Source: an uncultured bacterium (GTDB taxonomy: Bacteria > Patescibacteriota > Minisyncoccia > Phycocordibacterales > Phycocordibacteraceae). From it: a DNA stretch of 64,000 bases. The first letter of the stretch is position 1, and each line of letters begins with the position of its first letter. Made by a program: the position numbers and the translations under genes. Of this stretch, positions 1 to 9,302 are shown in pieces. A model generated the notes under the pieces. The model was given only the letters and a program-made list of their open reading frames with translations. It was not told the origin of the DNA and made no database searches. The DNA is taken from contig CAWKPH010000002.1 of NCBI GenBank assembly GCA_963851445.1, forward strand, positions 102,183 through 166,182. The letters run 5' to 3'.

Positions 1-1
1 C

Positions 2-811
2 CTAACGTACAGCGAACTCAACGAGAAGAAAGAACAAATCCTCAAAACACTTACTACCGAGGAGCAGAAATTCCGAAAAACACTTTCCCATGGCATGCGT
101 GAATTCGAAAAAATTGCAAAAGAAGGAAGAATTAGCGGCCATCATGCTTTTGTTCTGGCTTCAAGCTACGGATTCCCAATAGAAATTATTGATGAACTCG
201 CAAGTGAACGGAATATCGAAGTTGATATTGATGCATTTCGAAAGGAAATGGATGAGCATCAAGCGAAATCGCGTACAGCAGCTGAAGGTCGTTTCAAAGG
301 GGGCTTGGCTGATCATTCGGAAATTACGGTACGGTATCACACATCGCATCATCTTTTACTTGCAGCGCTACGCATGATCCTTGGTCCTGATGTACATCAG
401 CGGGGGAGCAACATCACGCAAGAACGGGTGCGATTGGATTTTTCATTTGAACGCAAATTGACACCTGAAGAAATACTTGAAGCTGAGCGTATAGTAAACG
501 AGAAAATTGATGAGGCGCTGCCAATTCATTGTACGGAAATGTCGAAAACTGACGCCGAGAAGCTTGGCGCCGAACAAGAGTTTGGTGTTAAGTATGGTGA
601 TACGGTTACGGTATACTCAATGGGTCCAAAAGAGGCAACGCCGCAAGATCCAAAATTTGAAAAATCATTCTCACTTGAATTCTGCGGAGGTCCCCATGTA
701 TCAAATACCAAAGAACTTGCGGGAGAAGATACTTCTAAGAAACGTTTCAGAATTGTGAAGGAAGAGTCGGTTGCAGCCGGTGTACGCCGCATTCGCGCGG
801 TGCTCGAATAG
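2..811 (+). CDS. alaS: Alanyl-tRNA synthetase, C-terminal portion (5' end truncated by window)
   Basis: Open frame from base 2 with no stop. Protein carries the HxxxH ...CGGPHV editing/zinc motifs typical of AlaRS. ORF track 95..811. Confidence 0.8.
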   Translation, partial: LTYSELNEKKEQILKTLTTEEQKFRKTLSHGMREFEKIAKEGRISGHHAFVLASSYGFPIEIIDELASERNIEVDIDAFRKEMDEHQAKSRTAAEGRFKGGLADHSEITVRYHTSHHLLLAALRMILGPDVHQRGSNITQERVRLDFSFERKLTPEEILEAERIVNEKIDEALPIHCTEMSKTDAEKLGAEQEFGVKYGDTVTVYSMGPKEATPQDPKFEKSFSLEFCGGPHVSNTKELAGEDTSKKRFRIVKEESVAAGVRRIRAVLE

Positions 812-859
812 TGCAATAGTTGGCACTCTACGTGTAAACTTTTTGCTATACTAATTGCA

Positions 860-2023
860 ATGGATCTTTTCAATGCTAGAAAGAAACACGCTCCTGTAGT
901 GCTTGTTGACATCGATGCATCGTCAATAGGAGCCGCCCTTGCAGAATTTTCGAAAAGTAGTCCCACTGTTTATTACACAATCCGTATACCCATAGATATA
1001 CGAAAGCATGAGGACGTTACGGAAGCGATGACACGTACGCTCGAGGAGGTTTGTCACGAACTTATAGCAAAAGGAGCCCCAGTTCTACGTAAGGCTGTTG
1101 GAAGTGGACATGTGCAGCAAATCATCGTGAGTGTGGGTGCTCCGTGGCAGAAAACGAAAGTGCGAACTGAGAGTATTCACCGTCCCAAACCATTTATATT
1201 CACACACACAATTCTTTCAGAGGTCACTCGTAAACCAATTGATATTCCGCAAGGGTTCTTACAGTCTGGAGAGTCAGTTATTGCGATACTGTTGAATGGA
1301 TATGAAATGCTCAATCCGTTTGGGAAACGTGCAACACGCGCTGATCTCATCGTACTTACCTCATGGCTTGAAAAATCAGCTGCGGATTCGATTGAACGTA
1401 CACTTCGCAAAACCTACCATACTCACGCATTAACCATAAGCGCGTTCGCGCCCATCGTATATAGAGCATTTCGTGATTTATTTGCTCATGAAAAAAATTA
1501 CCTTGTGATGCACGTATCAAGTCAGAAAACCGATATTGCATTTATTAAAGGAGGATTATTGGTGGACGTAATTTCAAGCGACGAAAGCTTGGGTGAATTA
1601 CTGAAACTACCTGACAGCACCCATCAAAATTCGAGTACACCTACAAAAAAGGATGCGGAGGTTACGCAAGATGCAGTTAGTGACACTTCTCGTAATATTT
1701 TATTTAATCTCGATGCAAAATCAACAGAAAAGGTATGGCTTGAGAAAATACGTACTACGCTAAGCGAACTCTCAATGAATCACGCGCTTCCGCGAACTAT
1801 ATTCTTACTTGCCGACAATTCAGTGCATGCGTATCTTTCTAGCCTTTTAAATGCGCCCGAACTCAGATCTCTTTGGCTAACTGACGAGCCGCTACGCATT
1901 ATCGCCTTGCTTCCTTCCCATGTTGCACCGTTTATCCAAATTCGAGGAGACGCGGAAAATGACCTCTCCTTAAGTCTACTAGCGCTCTTTGGTTCAAATA
2001 GCGACTTGGGGACGTCAAAATAG
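860..2023 (+). CDS. Hypothetical protein, possibly actin-like (ASKHA) ATPase fold
   Basis: 387-aa ORF. N-terminal VLVDIDASSIGAA and later IIVSVGAPW resemble ASKHA phosphate-binding loops. No firm family assignment. Confidence 0.35.
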   Translation: MDLFNARKKHAPVVLVDIDASSIGAALAEFSKSSPTVYYTIRIPIDIRKHEDVTEAMTRTLEEVCHELIAKGAPVLRKAVGSGHVQQIIVSVGAPWQKTKVRTESIHRPKPFIFTHTILSEVTRKPIDIPQGFLQSGESVIAILLNGYEMLNPFGKRATRADLIVLTSWLEKSAADSIERTLRKTYHTHALTISAFAPIVYRAFRDLFAHEKNYLVMHVSSQKTDIAFIKGGLLVDVISSDESLGELLKLPDSTHQNSSTPTKKDAEVTQDAVSDTSRNILFNLDAKSTEKVWLEKIRTTLSELSMNHALPRTIFLLADNSVHAYLSSLLNAPELRSLWLTDEPLRIIALLPSHVAPFIQIRGDAENDLSLSLLALFGSNSDLGTSK

Positions 2024-2119
2024 CCTAATAACAGGTGTATACCCAGGGACACCTTTTACATAGAGCGCACACTGGTATACTGAACGGCATACCCATTTCT
2101 GCCTATATAACTAAATTGC

Positions 2120-3403
2120 ATGCCTCGAACAATTGATGACATACTTCCGCCTTCTCGGCGCCGTGCGGCGAATGATAGTAAGGCGACCGATATCGATACC
2201 CCAGACACTGATACTTCAGACGATAACCGCGACAGATTCTCGGGCCACCGCACTCCACCCCGTGTGCGAATCAACACTGGACGTAGTTTTCCCTATGGTA
2301 CCGCAATAATTGCACTCCTTGTGATCGCAATATCAGCTGGAGCGCTTTATGCATTTGCTGGTGCAAAAGTGGAAATTCAACCCAAATCGCAATCTGTTCA
2401 AGTGAGCGGAAGCTTTAGCGCTACACAAGGAACGGGTAGCTTGCCTTTTACTTTGATAACCGTAAATAAAACTGCAAGTGCTTTTGTTCCTGCCGAGAGT
2501 ACAGAAACTGTAAACGATTCTGCACAGGGGACTATAACAGTGTCGAACACTCTTTCCACACCAGAAACGTTCGTCGCTAACACACGCTTTGAGACACCTG
2601 CGGGTCTTGTGTTTCGAGTTCATGCCCCAATAACCATACCTGCAGCTACCGCAAGTGGACCGGGAACAGTAAGCGCAATGGTCTACGCCGATCAACCAGG
2701 TCAGGAATACAATGTGGGACCTACCACGTTCACTGTTCCCGGCCTTATGAACTATGCAAGCGAATATAGTGCTATAACCGCGAGGTCGACGAATGCAATG
2801 ATAGGGGGATTTACGGGAACTCGAGCTTCGGTTGGTCAGTCAACCGACAGCAGCCAACAGTCAACTCTTCAATCGACACTTGCAACTGAACTACAGTCTG
2901 ATATCACATCTCAAATTCCTTCAGGGGACGTTTTGGTTCCTGGTAGTACTTTTACTTCTTATACTTCAGTACCTGATACTGCAACGACTACAACTACCGT
3001 CGAGGTGAGTGAGCAAGGAACGCTCACTGCGGTGGTGTTCCCGAACTCCGCGCTTGCTCAAGCGATTGCATATAAACAAGTTGGTACCTATGAGGGTGAG
3101 CCAGTTACTACTAACAGTGTCAATAGCCTCAATCTTTCGTCTGCAAGTACGACAGTCCCAACCTCAGGAACAGAAACCTTCAACTTTAACCTTTCGGGCT
3201 CGGCAACGATTGTCTGGACAGTTGATCCTTCCAAAATCGCAGGTGCTATCGCAGGAAAAACGCGCGATTCAGCACAATCAATTCTTGCGGGATTTCCTGA
3301 AGTTGACCAAGCGACCCTTTATTTACGACCTTTTTGGGCAAACACGTTTCCTGCAGACCCCTCTCGTATTCAAGTAGTTATTGAAAAGCCTGCTAATCAA
3401 TAA
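2120..3403 (+). CDS. Hypothetical membrane-anchored Thr/Ser-rich protein
   Basis: 427-aa ORF with a single N-terminal TM helix (IIALLVIAISAGALYAF) followed by a Thr/Ser-rich extracellular region. Confidence 0.4.
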   Translation: MPRTIDDILPPSRRRAANDSKATDIDTPDTDTSDDNRDRFSGHRTPPRVRINTGRSFPYGTAIIALLVIAISAGALYAFAGAKVEIQPKSQSVQVSGSFSATQGTGSLPFTLITVNKTASAFVPAESTETVNDSAQGTITVSNTLSTPETFVANTRFETPAGLVFRVHAPITIPAATASGPGTVSAMVYADQPGQEYNVGPTTFTVPGLMNYASEYSAITARSTNAMIGGFTGTRASVGQSTDSSQQSTLQSTLATELQSDITSQIPSGDVLVPGSTFTSYTSVPDTATTTTTVEVSEQGTLTAVVFPNSALAQAIAYKQVGTYEGEPVTTNSVNSLNLSSASTTVPTSGTETFNFNLSGSATIVWTVDPSKIAGAIAGKTRDSAQSILAGFPEVDQATLYLRPFWANTFPADPSRIQVVIEKPANQ

Positions 3404-3463
3404 CCACTACACACCAATGCATTGACGATATACGGCCTAGTTGCTAGAATGGCAAGGCTACAC

Positions 3464-3682
3464 ATGGCGGACACTACAGCTGAAGAGAACCCAACGGGCA
3501 CGGTAGAGGAGGTGCTCCCTAATTCTCTGTTTCGCGTCCGCATGGAATCAGGTGAGCTACTTCTGGCATATCTTGCTGGAAAAATGCGCTTGCACCGAAT
3601 CCGCGTGTTAGTGGGCGATCAAGTTGAACTCGTTACCGATCCATATGGAGGCCGAGCTCGAATTGTGCGACGTCTTACCTAA
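3464..3682 (+). CDS. infA: Translation initiation factor IF-1
   Basis: GTVEEVLPNSLFRVRMESGELLLAYLAGKMRLHRIRVLVGDQVELVTDPYGGRARIVRR matches the IF-1 S1-like fold consensus. Start chosen at an internal Met of ORF 3422..3682. Confidence 0.85.
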   Translation: MADTTAEENPTGTVEEVLPNSLFRVRMESGELLLAYLAGKMRLHRIRVLVGDQVELVTDPYGGRARIVRRLT

Positions 3683-3709
3683 TCTTATTCGCCTTCGTTA
3701 ATTTTATTC

Positions 3710-3826
3710 ATGAAAGTACGTGCATCGCTTAAGGTACAACAACCAGGAGATATTCTCGTTCGCCGTAACGGACGATTGTATCGAATCAATAAGCGTAATC
3801 CGCGCCGCAAGGCTCGGCAGGGTTAA
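3710..3826 (+). CDS. rpmJ: Ribosomal protein L36, zinc-independent (C-minus) form
   Basis: 38-aa [41 protein letters not shown], absent from the ORF track because it is under 60 aa. Canonical MKVRAS start and KxRQG end. No Cys or His residues. Confidence 0.8.
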   Translation: MKVRASLKVQQPGDILVRRNGRLYRINKRNPRRKARQG

Positions 3827-3849
3827 ATCATCTCAATTTTCATAAATTT

Positions 3850-4230
3850 ATGCGTATAGCTGGAGTCACTCTTCCTGATAGTAAACAACTTCTGTATTCG
3901 TTACCGTTAATTAACGGTATTGGAATTTCGCGTGCGCGAGATATTTTGAAACAGGTTAAACTTTCCCCATCGACTAAGGGCACTGAGATTACTCCTGAAC
4001 AGGAGCAAGCGATCCGCACGCTTGCTGAGGGCTATACAATCGAAGGGGAACTTCGTCGCGAGGTCGCACAAAATATTAAGCGATTAAAGGATATTCGTTC
4101 AGCTCGCGGTATCCGTCACGAGCGCGGTCTTCCTGTTCGAAATCAGCGTACAAAAACAAATTCTCGAACACGTCGAGGTAATCAGCGAAAGACTATGGGA
4201 TCAGGACGCCGCACGCTCGAGAAGACATAA
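3850..4230 (+). CDS. rpsM: Ribosomal protein S13
   Basis: MRIAGVTLP...INGIG N-terminus and basic C-terminus typical of S13. Position is after infA-rpmJ. Confidence 0.9.
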   Translation: MRIAGVTLPDSKQLLYSLPLINGIGISRARDILKQVKLSPSTKGTEITPEQEQAIRTLAEGYTIEGELRREVAQNIKRLKDIRSARGIRHERGLPVRNQRTKTNSRTRRGNQRKTMGSGRRTLEKT

Positions 4231-4267
4231 AACAAGGCAATAACATCTCTCACCTCTCTAAACCATT

Positions 4268-4702
4268 ATGGGAAAAAAACGTATTATTAAGAAATCAGGA
4301 AGAAGTCTCGACCAGGGACGGCGAGAACGCGCCCTATCAAGAGTTGCTAAAAAGCGAATTGAACGCGGTATTCTTCATGTTGAAGCAACTTTTAATAATA
4401 CAAAGGCTGTTCTTACCGATGAAGCAGGTAACGCAATCATGTCATCCTCTTCAGGTGCACTTGGTTTCTCGGGTGCACGCAAATCAACTCCGTATGCGGC
4501 CGCAAAAGTTGGCGAACTTATCGGGGAAAAGGCAGCTGCCATTGGCCTTAAGGAAGCAAGCGTGGTCATACGCGGCGTTGGGGCCGGTCGCGAATCAGCA
4601 CTTCGTGCGTTTGCGGGTAAGGGTATCCAAATTCGTAGCATTAAGGATGCTACTCCTGTCCCACATAATGGCCCTCGACCGCCTAAGCCTCGTCGCGTAT
4701 AA
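4268..4702 (+). CDS. rpsK: Ribosomal protein S11
   Basis: GILHVEATFNNTKAVLTDEAGNAI...STPYAA motif of S11. Lies in the conserved S13-S11-S4 order. Confidence 0.9.
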   Translation: MGKKRIIKKSGRSLDQGRRERALSRVAKKRIERGILHVEATFNNTKAVLTDEAGNAIMSSSSGALGFSGARKSTPYAAAKVGELIGEKAAAIGLKEASVVIRGVGAGRESALRAFAGKGIQIRSIKDATPVPHNGPRPPKPRRV

Positions 4703-4723
4703 TCCTTCTTCATCATTTTATTT

Positions 4724-5335
4724 ATGAAAACAGGACCAAAATATAAAATTGCGAAGCGTCTGGGACCCTCTGTGTTTGAAAAAACCCAAACACAGAAATT
4801 TGCTATCGCTCAGGAACGTGCGGCTCGCACCAAAAAATCTCGTGGTCGTGGTGCGACCGAATATGGCAAGCAACTTCTCGAGAAGCAAAAGGTTCGTATG
4901 ACCTATGGTATTTCAGAGCGCCAATTTCGAAACCTTATTGAGGAAGCGATGGAAACTCATGATGCGAATCCTTCTGAAATTTTACATCGACTTCTAGAAC
5001 TGCGACTCGATAATGTTATTGCACGACTCGGCCTTGCGCCGACTCGACGCGCAGCTCGGCAAATGGTCTCCCATGGCCATGTGACGGTGAATGGCACTAA
5101 AACAACTATTCCGTCACGCAGGATGCATGTCGGGGACAAAATTGCCGTGCGTGAGGGCAGTAAAAATCGTGTGCTGTTTGAAAACCTCAGTGCTCGGCTT
5201 GAGGAGCGAACGCTTGGCAAGTGGCTCTCGTTTGATGCAAAGGCAATGAGCGGGAACATTGAATCGCTTCCAAGTCATGAGAGCACTGATACTGCAGGTG
5301 ATTTGGTTTCAGTTATTTCCTTCTATTCTCGATAG
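4724..5335 (+). CDS. rpsD: Ribosomal protein S4
   Basis: KYKIAKRLG N-terminus plus an S4 RNA-binding domain. Conserved cluster position. Confidence 0.9.
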   Translation: MKTGPKYKIAKRLGPSVFEKTQTQKFAIAQERAARTKKSRGRGATEYGKQLLEKQKVRMTYGISERQFRNLIEEAMETHDANPSEILHRLLELRLDNVIARLGLAPTRRAARQMVSHGHVTVNGTKTTIPSRRMHVGDKIAVREGSKNRVLFENLSARLEERTLGKWLSFDAKAMSGNIESLPSHESTDTAGDLVSVISFYSR

Positions 5336-5394
5336 AATGGAGAGAATTTGAAGCTATATCATTTTATTTAAAAGCTGGATAATTAGATTGCGTT

Positions 5395-6366
5395 ATGGAA
5401 TTCCACATTACACTACCGTCAAAACCACGTGTCATCGTTGAAGAAGGCATGCTTGGAGTTTATGAAATAGATTCACTGTACCCGGGATATGGCCAGACCC
5501 TTGGCAATTCACTCCGTCGTATTGTGCTTTCGTCGCTTCCGGGAGCAGCAGTGACTTCAGTTAAAATCGAAGATGTCACTCATGAATTTGCTACGATTGA
5601 GGGCGTTCGTGAATCAGTCATGGAGATACTGCTTAATTTAAAGCGTGTTCACTTTGCGCTTCATGGTGACGAGACTCAATTGATTCGACTTTCAGTAAAA
5701 GGCCCGAAGCAGGTTACCGCTGGTGATTTCTCGCTTCCAAGCCAGGTCACTATTACGAATCCTGACCAACACATTGGAGATATTTCTGGGAAAATAAACT
5801 TTGAGCTCGAAGCGACTATCGAACGTGGGCTTGGGTATGTACCTCGCGAAGTTCTCACCCGTGACAAAGTCGATATCGGAACAATTGCACTTGATGCAAC
5901 ATTTACGCCGATTCGTCGTGCAAACTATGAGGTCGAGGACATGCGCGTAGGTGACCGTACTGATTTCAATCGCCTTCGTTTTATCATTGAAACTAATGGG
6001 ACGATTACACCCCGAGAAGCGCTTGAGCGTTCGATTGAAGTTATGATTCACCAACTCAAGTCTATTGTCGGGTTTCAAGAGGAGGTTGAAATTCAGTCAC
6101 CTGCGAGCGACTATTCCGGTGATGGTTCAAGTGAGGAGGCAATGAGCGACAAGGAAGGAAGGGATCCTGCAAAAATGAAAATCGAGGAGCTTGAACTCTC
6201 AAATCGCATTTCTACAGCTCTTTCTGAAGCCGGCATACGCACAGTCGCTGGGCTCAGCCGTAAAACGGCATCTTCTCTTAAAGAACTCGATGGAGTTGGC
6301 GATAAGGCTATTGAAGAAATAAATGCCGCGCTTAGCGATCTGGGACTTTCACTTAAAGAGGGTTAA
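5395..6366 (+). CDS. rpoA: DNA-directed RNA polymerase alpha subunit
   Basis: [24 protein letters not shown] N-terminal domain signature and a C-terminal domain ([11 protein letters not shown]). Lies between rpsD and rplQ. Confidence 0.9.
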   Translation: [323 protein letters not shown]

Positions 6367-6406
6367 TTGACGAGAGCAATAAAAAACGTTACAGTATAAA
6401 GGTTAT

Positions 6407-6760
6407 ATGCGACACAGCGTTAAAGGACGATCGTTCAACCGGCCGAGCAATCAGCGGACTGCACTAATGCGCTCGCTCGCTCGCTCGCTCATACTACATG
6501 AGCGTATTTCGACGACCGAAGCGAAAGCTAAGGAACTCCGTCCTATGATCGAGAAAATCATTACGCACGGACGCGAGGACACCGTTGCAAATCGACGCCT
6601 TGTCTCAATGCGACTGGGTGGGGATGTTGAAGCAACCAAGAAAGTCTTCACGGCTCTTGCTCCTCGCTATGCAAGTCGTCCAGGGGGGTATACGCGCATC
6701 ATCAAGCGTTCGATAACCGCAACCGATGGTCGCAAGACCGCCTATATTGCTTTCGTGTAA
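6407..6760 (+). CDS. rplQ: Ribosomal protein L17
   Basis: MRHSVKGRSFNR...LITHERI consensus of L17. Confidence 0.9.
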   Translation: MRHSVKGRSFNRPSNQRTALMRSLARSLILHERISTTEAKAKELRPMIEKIITHGREDTVANRRLVSMRLGGDVEATKKVFTALAPRYASRPGGYTRIIKRSITATDGRKTAYIAFV

Positions 6761-6788
6761 TTCTTTCAAATCCCTATTCAACAACACC

Positions 6789-7190
6789 ATGCCTACGATT
6801 GCACAAAAAGTATCAAAACAGCGTACCCTTCAAGGGATTGAGGTTTTGAAGTACACGGTAGATGCTGAAGGACGTTCACTTGGACGCGTTGCAAGTGAAG
6901 CAGCTTCGGCGCTTCTTGGAAAAAAGTCTCCACACTTTGTGAAGAACCTTGTACTTCCTGTTGAAGTTACAATTAAGAATGTTTCAAAACTCTCGCTCCC
7001 TGAACGTCGCGTTGCTGGCAAGGCCTATCGTCACTATACGGGATACCCAGGAGGTCTTCGCGAGGTCACACTTACGGAATTGATTGCAAAAAAGGGTATC
7101 GGGGAAGCTATGAGAAAAGCAGTGGATGGTATGCTGCCACGCAATAAACTCCGCAAAGACCGCATGAAGCGCCTTGTTATTAACGACTAA
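6789..7190 (+). CDS. rplM: Ribosomal protein L13
   Basis: L13 consensus (TLQG...LGRVAS..A..LLGK, KAYRHYTGYPGG). Start moved to an internal Met of ORF 6726..7190 to avoid overlap with rplQ. Confidence 0.85.
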   Translation: MPTIAQKVSKQRTLQGIEVLKYTVDAEGRSLGRVASEAASALLGKKSPHFVKNLVLPVEVTIKNVSKLSLPERRVAGKAYRHYTGYPGGLREVTLTELIAKKGIGEAMRKAVDGMLPRNKLRKDRMKRLVIND

Positions 7191-7211
7191 CGTTCATATT
7201 TTTATATCTTT

Positions 7212-7622
7212 ATGGCAAACTCCTCAGATTCACTTCCATACACCGTTGCAGTAGGACGTCGTAAAACGGCCAGCGCTCGCGTACGTCTTACACCTGCGGG
7301 GAAAAGTTCGATTATGGTGAATGGCGTGCCTGCAGAGGAGTATTTCAAAACGAAAGAACGTACCTCGGTCACAGGAGACGCTTTTAGACTTGACGATGTT
7401 ACAGGTACCTATGAGGTCGTTGCAAAAGTTCAGGGGGGTGGTATTTCCGCTCAAGCTGATGCAGTGCGTCATGCAATCGCTCGAGCACTTATTAAAGGCG
7501 ATATTACCCTTCGTCCGCCACTCAAGAAGGCTGGATATCTTAAACGCGATCCCCGTGCCAAGGAGCGAAAGAAGCCAGGACTCCGCAAGGCTCGTAAGCG
7601 ACCACAATGGTCAAAGCGCTAA
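7212..7622 (+). CDS. rpsI: Ribosomal protein S9
   Basis: GRRKTASARV...GGGISAQADAVRHAIARAL and a C-terminal KKPGLRKARKRPQWSKR are typical of S9. Confidence 0.9.
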   Translation: MANSSDSLPYTVAVGRRKTASARVRLTPAGKSSIMVNGVPAEEYFKTKERTSVTGDAFRLDDVTGTYEVVAKVQGGGISAQADAVRHAIARALIKGDITLRPPLKKAGYLKRDPRAKERKKPGLRKARKRPQWSKR

Positions 7623-7648
7623 TTCAAGGATTCTGATTGAAGCATATT

Positions 7649-7680
7649 AACCGTCTATCATGGATAGACGGTTTTTCTTT
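7649..7680 (+). terminator. Rho-independent terminator after rpsI
   Basis: Hairpin AACCGTCTATC-ATG-GATAGACGGTT followed by TTTTTCTTT. Confidence 0.6.
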
Positions 7681-7700
7681 GTTTCTGTTACAATCTGCTA

Positions 7701-8594
7701 ATGAAAGACTTTGAGGTGCTCTTATTCTATAAGTACGTCACTATTGAAAATCCACAGGAGCTTGCGACTTGGGTTCGCAAACTATGCGAGCAGTATGCGC
7801 TTACAGGACGCGTTATCGTCGCTGAAGAGGGAATTAATGCCATTCTCGAGGGAAAAACTGCTAATACAAAGGCATTCCTAAGGAAATTTTTATCGGATGC
7901 ACGATTAAGCGACATAAAGATCAAGCGTAGTAAAGGTACTGGGACAGCATTTCCTAAGCTCTCCGTAAAAGTACGCAAAGAAATTGTGGGCACCCATTTT
8001 CCACAAGAGCAAATTGATCCACGCATAAAAACTGCGCCGTATATCAAAGCAAATGAACTTCGAAAAATGTACGAAAGTGATGATGATTTCGTAGTTGTAG
8101 ATATGCGTAATACCTATGAATATGCGTCAGGCCACTTTAAACATTCCGTTAATCCGGGTCTCGAGAACTCTCGTGATCTTCCGAAGATGCTTCCGAAACT
8201 CGAACCACTTAAACATAGGAAGGTTATCACTGTGTGTACAGGCGGTATTCGTTGCGAAAAGATGTCAGCACTTCTCCTAAGCAATGGATTTGAAGATGTG
8301 CATCAGCTTGAGGGTGGTATCCATGGCTATATGAAAAAATTTCCTGGAAAGGATTTTCTCGGAACGCTCTATACGTTCGATGGCCGCCTCACAGTCGATT
8401 TCGGCGGCAATCGCGAGGTCATCGGCAAATGCTACCTTTGCGATAATCCTACCGAAAGATACGTAAACTGTGCTAATCCAGCTTGCCATCTTCATTTTCT
8501 CGTCTGCGACTCCTGCGTAACTCCTGACGGAAATGCGTATTGTTCGAACGACTGTAAAAGGAGTATAGCGATTGCGATTACAATCGAAATTTGA
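7701..8594 (+). CDS. trhO: Rhodanese-domain tRNA U34 hydroxylase (UPF0176/YceA family)
   Basis: LLFYKY N-terminus, a rhodanese domain with active-site CTGGIRCEK, and a C-terminal Cys cluster. Confidence 0.7.
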   Translation: MKDFEVLLFYKYVTIENPQELATWVRKLCEQYALTGRVIVAEEGINAILEGKTANTKAFLRKFLSDARLSDIKIKRSKGTGTAFPKLSVKVRKEIVGTHFPQEQIDPRIKTAPYIKANELRKMYESDDDFVVVDMRNTYEYASGHFKHSVNPGLENSRDLPKMLPKLEPLKHRKVITVCTGGIRCEKMSALLLSNGFEDVHQLEGGIHGYMKKFPGKDFLGTLYTFDGRLTVDFGGNREVIGKCYLCDNPTERYVNCANPACHLHFLVCDSCVTPDGNAYCSNDCKRSIAIAITIEI

Positions 8595-8643
8595 ATATCA
8601 GGAACATTTTGACCCCTGCAATTATTTCAGGCATACTTTATTC

Positions 8644-9195
8644 ATGGATGAGGACGATGTAACCGTAGAGTCGGATACCGAGAATGGGTTTGTGGGAGAC
8701 GGGGATGAAACCATTGCTTCGGAAGATCGCGCTGAAACTAAACTTGCCAAACTTCGCAAGGAACTTGAGCAACTGCGAAAAGAAAAACAAGAGAATTTAG
8801 ACGGGTGGCAGCGATCGAAGGCGGATTATGTGAACGCGCTTCGACGTTTTGAGCAAGAGAAGAAATTAGCCATTGAACTAGGCAAAATAAAGACAGCTGA
8901 AGCCTTTATACCCGCTATGGATTCGCTAGAACGAGCCAAGGAGAATGGTGAATTGCCAGAAGGATTTATTGGAATTTTGAAGCAACTTGAAAGCGCCGCT
9001 AAATCTTTAGGACTTGTTCAATTTGGAACAAAAGGCGATCCATTCGATCCCATGCTTCACGAAGCACTGGGCAATGATGCTACGGAAAATGACGATGAGG
9101 ATAACACCGTTAGTGTTGTGCTTGAGCAGGGATGGAAAATGAACGATCAGATCATCAGGCCTGCCAAAGTACGTGTCGCTCACCTGCAGGTTTGA
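8644..9195 (+). CDS. grpE: Nucleotide exchange factor GrpE
   Basis: A coiled-coil region (LAKLRKELEQLRKE...) followed by the GrpE beta domain (VSVVLEQGWKMNDQIIRPAKV). Lies immediately upstream of dnaK. Start set at the Met after the trhO stop. Confidence 0.8.
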   Translation: MDEDDVTVESDTENGFVGDGDETIASEDRAETKLAKLRKELEQLRKEKQENLDGWQRSKADYVNALRRFEQEKKLAIELGKIKTAEAFIPAMDSLERAKENGELPEGFIGILKQLESAAKSLGLVQFGTKGDPFDPMLHEALGNDATENDDEDNTVSVVLEQGWKMNDQIIRPAKVRVAHLQV

Positions 9196-9302
9196 ACTCA
9201 GAAATAAAGAGGTGTAAAATGAGATCATCGGATCCAAGGTTTGATTGAATTTAAAATGGGTTGCAAGAGGGTGTATTTATAAAGATTTAACTATATTTGA
9301 CT

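Noticed and set aside
4344-4727. ORFs overlapping rpsK on both strands (4344..4727 +, 4375..4716 -)
   Set aside because: Out-of-frame or antisense to a universally conserved ribosomal protein gene. No motif.
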